A DNA stretch of 40,002 nucleotides from NCBI GenBank assembly GCA_964651835.1, contig CAZYYI010000001.1, positions 1 to 40,002 of the forward strand, written 5' to 3'. The DNA is from an uncultured Lachnospiraceae bacterium (lineage in GTDB: Bacteria; Bacillota; Clostridia; Christensenellales; UBA1242). The notes under the pieces are model-generated. The model worked only from the letters and a program-made list of their open reading frames with translations. It ran no database searches and was not told the DNA's origin. The position numbers were made by a program, and so were the translations under genes. Positions 27,306 through 35,106 of the stretch are shown piece after piece (within the stretch, counting starts at the first letter, position 1; each line of letters starts with the position of its first letter).

Positions 27306-28010
27306 TTATTCACCAATTGGGGTCAAAAGTATTTCAGACACTGAAAGCTTTTTAACAACTGAACTGTCATCACGATAATAAATTAAAAGTGTATCCTCTT
27401 CAATACTACAAACAAGTTCTCTTTTTGCGTTTAATGTTTCTTCATAAAGTGTTCTCAAAAGTGAGCCGTCTTCTCTGTATACTGCAATTGTGTTTATATA
27501 TTTTTTCTTAGTCACTACTGAAGTATCTTCTAAAACTTCCTCTGGCAAAACTTCAATATAGTTTAGCAAAAAGTATTGTTTTTCAAGAACTTTATATTGA
27601 TTGAGCCTGTTAAAAGAAATTTTCATCTCATTTACAGAACCATCATTTTGCAGTGTACAAAAACTTGCTTGCCCCTTCATTTCGGCATCTTTATTTATGC
27701 CAAGCACCAAAAAGTTTTTTGGAGAGATTCTCTTTACGGAAATATCTAAATCTCTTGGCAAGCTTACTAAATTGTATCCAATTTTCTTTTCATCATTAAA
27801 AAGTATAATTTTTACATAATATTCATCAAACTGATTCTCCATAGCAAACAGTGCATTAAAATCGAGATAAGAATATATATCTGAAATATACTTTCTGTTA
27901 AGCTTGGTGTTTTCAACATAAGATCCATCAACAATATTAAAAGAAGTGTCCTCTATAGACTCTTGAACTTTAAATTTAATCTCTTGTTTTTCTATAAAAA
28001 TTTTTGACAT
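27306..28010 (-). CDS. hypothetical protein, first gene of the actin-like cassette
   Basis: 234 aa, no TM segment and no recognisable motif. AGGAGAG RBS. Its stop lies 24 nt before the ParM-like start. Confidence 0.6.
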   Translation of the reverse strand: MSKIFIEKQEIKFKVQESIEDTSFNIVDGSYVENTKLNRKYISDIYSYLDFNALFAMENQFDEYYVKIILFNDEKKIGYNLVSLPRDLDISVKRISPKNFLVLGINKDAEMKGQASFCTLQNDGSVNEMKISFNRLNQYKVLEKQYFLLNYIEVLPEEVLEDTSVVTKKKYINTIAVYREDGSLLRTLYEETLNAKRELVCSIEEDTLLIYYRDDSSVVKKLSVSEILLTPIGE

Positions 28011-28025
28011 AGTCTCTCCTAAAAA

Positions 28026-28048
28026 ATAATTATATTATATATAATTAT
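28026..28048. promoter_or_regulatory. perfect 10+10 AT palindrome in the cassette leader (candidate operator)
   Basis: ATAATTATAT-tat-ATATAATTAT lies between the presumed promoter and the RBS of gene 27306..28010. Confidence 0.3.
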
Positions 28049-28225
28049 AAACATAAATTAAGTATATAAAATAAAAAAAAGAGTGTCAATTAAAAATAAC
28101 TCTCTTTTTTTGCACAATTTTTATGCATTTTTTTGCACATTTTTTATTAAATCTATTAATTAAACTACATTTTTTTGTAATTTTAAATACATTTTGCATT
28201 TTTTTATAAAATTTAATAAATAAAA

Positions 28226-28762
28226 TTATTTTCCAGAATGTCCAAAACGGCCATCTGCACGAATAGATGCGATATTTTTTAATTCTTCATAAGAAATCTC
28301 TTTTTCATCAAAAACAGGAATTTCTTGGAATACAAGTTGGCAAATTGCTTTTGTAACTGGATAATATAATATCTCATTTTTATTATAGGTTTTGTCATCT
28401 ACTTCAAATGCTTCTGGCATATCATCTTGTGATAACTTTGAAATAACAAAAGGAACTTTATTAGTATTATACAAAAGTATAAGATATTCGCCCCTATAAC
28501 CACTATCAAAAACGCCTGCTGATTTTTTAATACCAATTTTACCTGTAGAACCACGCTCCTCTACTTGTGCATAAAACCTTTTTGAAAAAGCCATTGCAAT
28601 ACCAGTTGGAACAGGTCTAGTACAACCTGGCTCAATCACAAAATAATCTTCATCAAAACAAGCATAAAGGTCATAACCAGCATCCTCATCTTTTTTGCTT
28701 GGGATAACTGCACCTTCTCTCATTTTTGCAAAATATAAATCTTTATCTGTAACTTCAATCAT
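28226..28762 (-). CDS. dut: trimeric dUTP diphosphatase with internal insertion
   Basis: 178 aa. Motifs AGYDLYA, RGSTG, GVFDSGYRGE, KAICQLVF and C-terminal RADGRFGHSGK. About 27 extra residues lie between motifs III and IV compared with E. coli Dut. Confidence 0.85.
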   Translation of the reverse strand: MIEVTDKDLYFAKMREGAVIPSKKDEDAGYDLYACFDEDYFVIEPGCTRPVPTGIAMAFSKRFYAQVEERGSTGKIGIKKSAGVFDSGYRGEYLILLYNTNKVPFVISKLSQDDMPEAFEVDDKTYNKNEILYYPVTKAICQLVFQEIPVFDEKEISYEELKNIASIRADGRFGHSGK

Positions 28763-28992
28763 AATAACTCCTTAAACTTTTAATTTACTATATTAGTTTA
28801 ACATTTTTTAGCAAAAAACGCAAACAAAAAATAATATTAAACTTTTTTAGATAAAAATAGTTTAAAATGTAAAATTATAGCAAAAAATATAATTTATTAA
28901 CATTATTATCGCAAAATTTATTTAATAAAATTTAAGTTGTTTTGATATGATTAAATAAAAAACAAGAAAATAAAATTTTTTAAGAAAAACGC

Positions 28993-29022
28993 TTGAAAAA
29001 AACTAATAACATATGCTATAAT
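28993..29022 (+). promoter_or_regulatory. promoter of tRNA-Ser
   Basis: TTGAAA (28993-98), 18-nt spacer, TGcTATAAT (TATAAT 29017-22). Confidence 0.5.
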
Positions 29023-29077
29023 CAAAACGCTTGATAAATAATGTTGATATGATTTTCAAGCAAAAACTTAATATTAT

Positions 29078-29170
29078 GGAGAGATACTCAAGAGGCCGAA
29101 GAGGATGCCCTGCTAAGGCGTTAGTACGGGTTAAACCGTAGCGCGGGTTCGAATCCCGCTCTCTCCGCCA
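29078..29170 (+). tRNA. tRNA-Ser (anticodon GCT)
   Basis: Acceptor GGAGAGA/TCTCTCC, anticodon loop CTGCTAA (anticodon 29112-14), long variable arm (GTACGGGTTAAACCGTAGC), T-arm GCGGG-TTCGAAT-CCCGC, G73, encoded CCA. 93 nt. Confidence 0.9.
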
Positions 29171-29174
29171 AGCG

Positions 29175-29205
29175 AAACTGATAAGAACACCTTATCAGTT
29201 TTTTA
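29175..29205 (+). terminator. rho-independent terminator after tRNA-Ser
   Basis: aaactgataag-aacac-cttatcagttt (11 bp) followed by a T-run. Confidence 0.7.
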
Positions 29206-29298
29206 TTACTAATATCAAAATATTTTTTATAAAAAGTAATGTAAATTAAAAATTTTATGTTATACTTATAAAGTATTATATATTTGGAGAGTTTATAT

Positions 29299-29934
29299 AT
29301 GGAATATGGACCAGATAAAAATAGCATTTTCCCTAACGAAAAATTGAAAGAATTGTGTTTTATTAAAAATGCAATAACCAGAAAAAATATAATTGTTGGT
29401 GATTATACCTATTATGATGATAAAAATTGTGCTGATAAATTTGAAGAGCATGTTACTCATCATTATGAGTTTATTGGGGACAAATTGATTATTGGAAAGT
29501 TTTGTTCTATCGCAAGTGGTGTGGAATTTATAATGAATGGAGCTAATCATAATATGAATGGTTTTTCAACATATCCGTTCAATATTTTTTGTCATGGTTG
29601 GGAAAAAGTCACTCCTGCTTTAGATGACTTACCTATTAAAGGCGACACCATTATCGGTAACGATGTTTGGATTGGGCAAAATGTTACAGTTTTGCCTGGA
29701 GTTAAAATTGGAGATGGTGCAATTATCGGAGCAAATGCCGTTGTTGCAAGTGATATTCCAGCTTATTGTATTGCAGTTGGGAACCCTTGCAAAGTAGTCA
29801 AAAAAAGGTTTGATGACAATACCATAAAACTTTTAGAAAAGTTGCAATGGTGGAATTGGAATGAAAAGAAAATTTTTGACAACTTAGAAGCTATAATAGG
29901 TAGAGATATAAACAAGCTGATAAATATAAAGTAA
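29299..29934 (+). CDS. vat: Vat-family streptogramin A O-acetyltransferase (xenobiotic acyltransferase, hexapeptide repeat)
   Basis: ORF 29284 (TTG) trimmed to the ATG at 29299 (GGAGAG RBS 29286-91). Long collinear similarity to Vat(D) as I remember it: KFCSIASGVEFIMNGANHNMNGFSTYPFNIF, LPIKGDTIIGNDVWIG, PGVKIGDGAII, VGNPCKVVKKRFD, LQWWNW. Confidence 0.85.
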   Translation: MEYGPDKNSIFPNEKLKELCFIKNAITRKNIIVGDYTYYDDKNCADKFEEHVTHHYEFIGDKLIIGKFCSIASGVEFIMNGANHNMNGFSTYPFNIFCHGWEKVTPALDDLPIKGDTIIGNDVWIGQNVTVLPGVKIGDGAIIGANAVVASDIPAYCIAVGNPCKVVKKRFDDNTIKLLEKLQWWNWNEKKIFDNLEAIIGRDINKLINIK

Positions 29935-30066
29935 AAGGTTTGATAAACATATTAAACCGTTTATTCCTAAAGCGTGGCAAATGCAAAAGCGTAATGAGCA
30001 AAGCAACTTTACAAAATAACATAGTAAGTAATTTAAAATAAATCTCGGAGTGCCTATACCATACGC

Positions 30067-30095
30067 TTGATTCAATCACAAAATTTTGTTATAAT
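30067..30095 (+). promoter_or_regulatory. promoter with extended -10
   Basis: TTGATT (30067-72), 17-nt spacer, TGtTATAAT (TATAAT 30090-95). Confidence 0.55.
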
Positions 30096-30133
30096 AATTG
30101 TACGATAAATATTAATTTATGGAGAAACTTATT

Positions 30134-30556
30134 ATGAAAAAATTTGCAAAAGCAATCATTGCAGTGGTAACATTGGCATTGTGTTTTACATTATCTGCTT
30201 GCGGAAATAAATATACAAGCCAATATAGTGCTACGCTAATGGTAAGTACAAATACCTCAAATAAAGCGTCGGTGTCATTTGATAGTTTCAGCGGAACATA
30301 TGTAATGAAATTGGAAAATAATGATGCAGACGAGGTTTTTATAACTTATAAAGCGACATTGGTAGAGGGAAATATAAAAGTTTACTATGACTTTAATGGT
30401 GAAAAACAGAACTTATTTGAAATTGAAACTAATGGTTCTGTGGATAGAAAAACTGAAAATTTTACAGGCAATAAAACAATTTACATAATAATTGAATCAG
30501 ATGGTAAATGTAACGAGGGAAGTTTTTTGTTTGTTCTGGAAAAATCAGAGAAATAA
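30134..30556 (+). CDS. lipoprotein, function unknown
   Basis: ORF 30119 trimmed to the ATG at 30134 (GGAGA at 30121-25, 8-nt spacing). Signal peptide with lipobox LSAC (MKKFAKAIIAVVTLALCFTLSACGN). Confidence 0.7.
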   Translation: MKKFAKAIIAVVTLALCFTLSACGNKYTSQYSATLMVSTNTSNKASVSFDSFSGTYVMKLENNDADEVFITYKATLVEGNIKVYYDFNGEKQNLFEIETNGSVDRKTENFTGNKTIYIIIESDGKCNEGSFLFVLEKSEK

Positions 30557-30606
30557 ATTTCAATTTAACGTAAAGTATTCGTTTTAAGTTTCTATTGATC
30601 CGCCAA

Positions 30607-30640
30607 ATAAAAAACATCGGCATTGTCCGATGTTTTTATT
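30607..30640. terminator. bidirectional rho-independent terminator between convergent genes
   Basis: aacatcgg-cattgt-ccgatgtt (8 bp) flanked by an A-run and a T-run. Confidence 0.7.
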
Positions 30641-30681
30641 TTTTATATTAATAATAATTTAAACCAATTATTAAAAAATGT

Positions 30682-31005
30682 TTATTCAGGTTCCCTTTCA
30701 CTTGCACTTTCAAGAAAAATCTTTTTCTTAAAAGCTCCTCTTTTTTCAACCTTATTGTTTCTAATTTTTTCAAAATCGGCGTAAGAAACCTTTTTAAAAT
30801 CAAGAATCGCTCTTAACACTTCTTCCAAATCAGCAAGCTCTTCAACCTCGCCACTTTCCAGATATTCTTTAAGTTCTTCTTGCATTTTTGAATTAAGGCT
30901 TTCTAAGTATTCATCATCTTCCATAATCCTTGTCACGCAACTACAATTATCACTTGTTATAATCTCTGGGATTCTATCCCTTACAAGTTTATTATAAATT
31001 TTCAT
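30682..31005 (-). CDS. MazG-like nucleoside triphosphate pyrophosphohydrolase (small all-alpha type)
   Basis: ORF trimmed to the ATG at 31005 (GGAGAAAG RBS; the longer form starts at TTG). MKIYNKLVRDRIPEII start and the acidic EE..E..ADLEEV helix are typical of this family. Confidence 0.6.
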   Translation of the reverse strand: MKIYNKLVRDRIPEIITSDNCSCVTRIMEDDEYLESLNSKMQEELKEYLESGEVEELADLEEVLRAILDFKKVSYADFEKIRNNKVEKRGAFKKKIFLESASEREPE

Positions 31006-31320
31006 AATCTTTCTCCACAAAAATATTATAACATATTTTTCAATAAATCAATCTTAATTTTATAATATTATTATTTATATTCCACAAAAAAACCTAATTC
31101 GATATGGATAAGGTTTTTTATAAAATAACTTTACAATATATAATGTTTTTGGTTGTCTTTGGTTTTTATTTTTATTTAAATTTTGTTCAGTTTATTATTA
31201 TGTATTATTAGTTTTGATACTACCATTAGTTTTATATTAGTTTATATATTTTTAATTTTTAGATACAAATTTAAAATTTTATGTTATAATTATGTTAATT
31301 TATAAGATTGTGGAGGCTAA

Positions 31321-31839
31321 ATGATTATTAATTATAATGAGCTCCAAGACATTCACAAGAAAAATAAAAACAAAACAATAATACTTGCGCTTGGAAGTTT
31401 TGATTTATTCCACTATGAACATTTGCAATTTCTTAAAGATGCAAAATCCTTATGTAAAAATTCGATTTTAGTTGTCGGCATTAAAGATGACTTATGCGTT
31501 AAAGCAAAAGGTCCAAACCGCCCAATTATTGAACAAGACCAAAGGCTCGCCATTATTAACGAATTAAAATGCGTAGACTATGTTGTGCTTGCTTCAAAAG
31601 ATAGCACAGTACCATATCAAGATTTTGGCACAAATGAAGATGCCAAGTTTTACTGGCAAGCTTTTTATAATATATTCATTAATCTTAAGCCAGATATTTT
31701 GTATCACGAAAACACACAAAATCTCCAACCAGCACGAGATAAATTTGCAGAGCTATTGAATATTAAACTTATTGCAAGACCACGAACAGCAAGAATCACA
31801 ACTTCAAATATTATTAAAAAAATCAAAAAATTAGATTAA
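31321..31839 (+). CDS. cytidylyltransferase-like nucleotidyltransferase (HxGH superfamily)
   Basis: 172 aa. ILALGSFDLFHYEHLQFLKDAK is a (T/H)xGH-type motif (here HYEH). GGAGG RBS. TGtTATAAT -10 at 31282-31290. Confidence 0.5.
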   Translation: MIINYNELQDIHKKNKNKTIILALGSFDLFHYEHLQFLKDAKSLCKNSILVVGIKDDLCVKAKGPNRPIIEQDQRLAIINELKCVDYVVLASKDSTVPYQDFGTNEDAKFYWQAFYNIFINLKPDILYHENTQNLQPARDKFAELLNIKLIARPRTARITTSNIIKKIKKLD

Positions 31840-31870
31840 TTTTAAATTACATACATATTAACATTACTTT

Positions 31871-31901
31871 ACTTTTACCTTTTATGGTAAAAGTTATTTT
31901 T
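31871..31901 (+). terminator. rho-independent terminator
   Basis: acttttacc-ttttat-ggtaaaagt (9 bp) followed by a T-run. Confidence 0.65.
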
Positions 31902-31924
31902 TATATATTTTTACTTTTAATAAA

Positions 31925-32268
31925 CTAATTTATTTCATCTGCATAAATTTCAACAAATCTATCTTCGGCCTCCCAAATTTTTATGAAACATAGTTTTGGC
32001 AATTCAAGTTTTTTAATTAATAAACTGCCAAATTTTCCATAGTTCCCCTACCAAGATTTTCTACATCTGGTAAGTGTTTATTTTGCAATGAATTTAAAAG
32101 TAAATCAATCTTGTCTGCTACCTCGTGAAAATCTATCCCAGAAACAAAATCGCCTTCAAGTTTACCTTCAAACACAAATTCTAACTTAATATTATGCTCG
32201 TGCATATTTTTGCCGTGTGTTGCTTTTAAAAATCTAACAATCCCAAGTTTTGCCATAATCCCTCCCAT
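31925..32268 (-). pseudogene. 6-pyruvoyl-tetrahydropterin synthase / QueD-family gene interrupted by a 1-nt frameshift
   Basis: The 83-aa ORF (32017..32268) carries the His triad (ATH .. HEH) and ends ..TMENLAVY*. The +1 frame continues from about 32023 as LLIKKLELPKLCFIKIWEAEDRFVEIYADEIN* (stop 31925-27). That matches the family C-terminus, including the conserved Glu. The joined length of about 114 aa equals the normal family size. Confidence 0.6.
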
Positions 32269-32269
32269 T

Positions 32270-33097
32270 TTACAATCTTATATGTTTTTCAAGTATACTG
32301 ATATTATTGCCATTTAAAGTCACTTCAAAGTATACACCATCAGGAACTCCGTCATCGTTAATATTTTCAGATAGCGAACCTATAACATAATAGCTTATGC
32401 CATCTTCAATATGAAACTTTGTCCAATGTTGATGACCAGAAAATACTGCAATTAAATTTTTGTCAGTTTTCAAAATCTCTTTAATTTCTTTTCGATTACC
32501 AAGCAATCCGTGATCTGGATTTTTTTCAAACCACCAATTGCCTTTCATATCATCTTCTGCCAAACCAAAATGAGTTAAAACAACTACTGGTAAATTGTTA
32601 TTTGCCAAATCATTTTTCAACCACTCAATATCCTCTTTCGAAATAAATTGAGTTTTAAAAATTCCTCCAAACTCGTGACCTATTTCATTATTAACATCTA
32701 ACCCCAACATAACAAAATGATATCCCTTGATATCAACTGAATATGTTGAATGTTTGTATCCCATAATTTTCTCAACTTCTTCTCTACAATCCATTGACCT
32801 TAAATCGTGGTTACCAGCAGCTGAATAAAATGTAAAGTTTAAATCTTTTAATTTTTTCCAAATAAAATTTAAATTAATTATATCTTTTTCTTTGTCATTA
32901 AAATCTTCTACCAAATCGCCTAAATTAAATACTACATCTGGTTTTATTTTATTATTAATCTCTACCATTAATTTTTCAAGAATTGGCAAAGCCAAATCTG
33001 TTAATTTTCTATCAATTATAGAACCATTATTTACTGGTCTTTCAGGTGCATAATGCAAATCAGAAAATATGACAAGTTTACATTCCTTTGAATCCAT
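32270..33097 (-). CDS. calcineurin-like metallophosphoesterase
   Basis: 275 aa. Motifs SDLHY, GDLVED, GNHD, LTHFG and GHQH in canonical order. Confidence 0.8.
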   Translation of the reverse strand: MDSKECKLVIFSDLHYAPERPVNNGSIIDRKLTDLALPILEKLMVEINNKIKPDVVFNLGDLVEDFNDKEKDIINLNFIWKKLKDLNFTFYSAAGNHDLRSMDCREEVEKIMGYKHSTYSVDIKGYHFVMLGLDVNNEIGHEFGGIFKTQFISKEDIEWLKNDLANNNLPVVVLTHFGLAEDDMKGNWWFEKNPDHGLLGNRKEIKEILKTDKNLIAVFSGHQHWTKFHIEDGISYYVIGSLSENINDDGVPDGVYFEVTLNGNNISILEKHIRL

Positions 33098-33131
33098 ACT
33101 ACTATTCCTTTAAATTAAAAAATTTTACTTA

Positions 33132-33728
33132 TTATTTTGCAAGATTTTTTATCGTTTTATAAATATCATACCAACTGTAACATCTGATAATGTTGTCATC
33201 CACTATATCCATATTATAAAGACAACTATAGCAAATTATTTTTACAATTGATGAAAGCTCAGTAATATTTATTGGTGAGTCCTCTATCATCACATCAATT
33301 TTATGCTCTATCATCTCTTGAGTTTTCTTTTCCTTTGCAGCCTTTGAAAATACAAGTTTGTCATAAACAATATCATTTTCCGCCAGCCAATCTTTAACTA
33401 TTTTCCTCATTCTTGCACCATATTCAGTATCTTCATTTGTTCCCCACCTCGCAGTGATGATATAAATTTCGTGCCCATCTGCTTTTAATTTTTTTATAAT
33501 CTCAGATGCAAATGGCCTTGCCTTTTCGTTTATTGAATATGGCTCTAGCCACTCATCCCAAAAAGCATCTTCTTGTGCTGGGGTTATACCAAATGCCTTG
33601 TAAACTCTGTAATTACTTTTGCCAATCTCATAAGGAATATTATTTAGCACACAGTACTTGCTTAAGTAATCCGTTGTAAAACGCTCCACATCAGTAAGCA
33701 CACCATCAATATCGATACCTATTCTCAT
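33132..33728 (-). CDS. HAD-superfamily 5'(3')-deoxyribonucleotidase-like phosphatase (NT5C/YorS-like)
   Basis: ORF 33734 (TTG) trimmed to the ATG at 33728 (GGAGA RBS, 6-nt spacing). HAD motif I GIDIDGVLTD, motif II IITAR, motif IV MIEDSP. Confidence 0.6.
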   Translation of the reverse strand: MRIGIDIDGVLTDVERFTTDYLSKYCVLNNIPYEIGKSNYRVYKAFGITPAQEDAFWDEWLEPYSINEKARPFASEIIKKLKADGHEIYIITARWGTNEDTEYGARMRKIVKDWLAENDIVYDKLVFSKAAKEKKTQEMIEHKIDVMIEDSPINITELSSIVKIICYSCLYNMDIVDDNIIRCYSWYDIYKTIKNLAK

Positions 33729-33787
33729 ATACAATCTCCAATCATATTTTTAAAATTGCAATTTTATTGATTTTTAATTAATTTAAC

Positions 33788-34321
33788 TTATTTTATGTGA
33801 TTTTTTAAGTAATTTTCAATTTTACTGCAAAGCCAATCATTATATTTATGATGATGCACACAAAATTCGTCTGAATGAATGATTTTGACAAACTCATCAA
33901 AACTTAAATATTTAACCTCAGCAACTTCTTCTGGCTGAAGCACCATGTCTTCAATTTTTGCAGTGGTTTCAAGCAAATAAGTTTCAGCAAATTCCCAGCA
34001 TTCACCAATAAACATTTCACCCCAAAACTTGTAGTCACTTTCCTTAGTGTCAAGACCAAGTTCTTCCTTAGTTTCACGAACACAAGCCTCAAGCAATTTT
34101 TCACCGGCATCAACGTGACCGGCAGATGGAGCGCCATATTTGTTTGGGTGATGCTTTTTGCACGCTGCCCTCTTTTGAATTAAAAGTTCACCTTTTTCAT
34201 TTACAATCCAAATCCAAACTGCCTTGTGATAGCAACCCGGGTTTTCACTATGACAAAAACTTTTTGGCTTGACTCCCAAAAAATTTCCCTCTCTGTCATA
34301 AGTATCAAACATTTCTTCCAT
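33788..34321 (-). CDS. NUDIX hydrolase
   Basis: 177 aa. Nudix box GHVDAGEKLLEACVRETKEELGL (GX5EX7REUXEEXGU). Confidence 0.85.
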   Translation of the reverse strand: MEEMFDTYDREGNFLGVKPKSFCHSENPGCYHKAVWIWIVNEKGELLIQKRAACKKHHPNKYGAPSAGHVDAGEKLLEACVRETKEELGLDTKESDYKFWGEMFIGECWEFAETYLLETTAKIEDMVLQPEEVAEVKYLSFDEFVKIIHSDEFCVHHHKYNDWLCSKIENYLKNHIK

Positions 34322-34334
34322 ATTTCACCTATTA

Positions 34335-34925
34335 TTAATTTATAAAATTATCTTCAATTACTTTATGCAACAATTCGTGTTTTCTAACATTTTCACTTAT
34401 TGTACAATGCACACCATTTTTATCAAAATACTTTTTACTGCCAATTAAATTTGCGTAATCATCTAAATTTTTGGTTGTAAAGAAACAATCTTTGCCTCCA
34501 TAAATAGAAAATTTAGGAAAATCCAAATTTTTAAATATATTAAACTGTTCTTGATTTGGCTTAAAACCATCAAGACATTTTAGTCTTTCAGTGACTTCTT
34601 TAGATACATCTTTATCTAATTCACTAGAAAATCCAGAAACTGAAATATAACCAGCCAAAGGACTTTTTTTATCTGAAAAATATTTCACAACAAAATTTGT
34701 TCCAACAGATTGCGCAATTATTAATGTGTCGCTTAAATCAATATTTTTGCAGACCTCTTCAAAAGAAATTTCATATTTTTTATATGTAATACCATCAACA
34801 AAGCCTGGCATGTGAGGTGCATAGAATTTCCAACCATTGCTTTTGCAAAACTTTTCAAGTTCACTAACGTATGTCATACCAGCATCACCGCCAGCCCCAC
34901 AAACAAAAACGACATTTTTAACCAT
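34335..34925 (-). CDS. small alpha/beta hydrolase (YdeN-like), first gene of the phosphohydrolase operon
   Basis: 196 aa. Nucleophile elbow AQSVG and ISVSGF block. Architecture parallels the gene at 15639..16193. Confidence 0.5.
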   Translation of the reverse strand: MVKNVVFVCGAGGDAGMTYVSELEKFCKSNGWKFYAPHMPGFVDGITYKKYEISFEEVCKNIDLSDTLIIAQSVGTNFVVKYFSDKKSPLAGYISVSGFSSELDKDVSKEVTERLKCLDGFKPNQEQFNIFKNLDFPKFSIYGGKDCFFTTKNLDDYANLIGSKKYFDKNGVHCTISENVRKHELLHKVIEDNFIN

Positions 34926-35021
34926 AATTAATTTTACCTCTACAAATTCATTATATCAAAATTTTTTAAAAATTGCATCTAAATTTATATAATAACAAAT
35001 CTTTAAATCTATTTAAAATTA

Positions 35022-35050
35022 TAGCATATTAAAAGATTATATGTTATAAT
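35022..35050 (+). promoter_or_regulatory. promoter of the endonuclease gene (extended -10)
   Basis: TGtTATAAT (TATAAT 35045-50) with a weak -35 TAGCAT (35022-27). AAGGAG RBS 35093-98. Confidence 0.45.
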
Positions 35051-35106
35051 GTGTCATATAACTGTTAAAACATCTTAAAACTTTAACTAGCAAAGGAGAA
35101 ATAATT

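Noticed and set aside
28079-28105. Hairpin (a)gagt...actc(t) flanked by A8/T7 as the dut terminator.
   Set aside because: Only about 5 bp of stem with a 14-nt loop, which is too weak to call. dut may read through or terminate elsewhere.
29121-29327. 68-aa minus-strand ORF overlapping tRNA-Ser.
   Set aside because: It overlaps a confidently folded tRNA and its terminator, so it is not coding.
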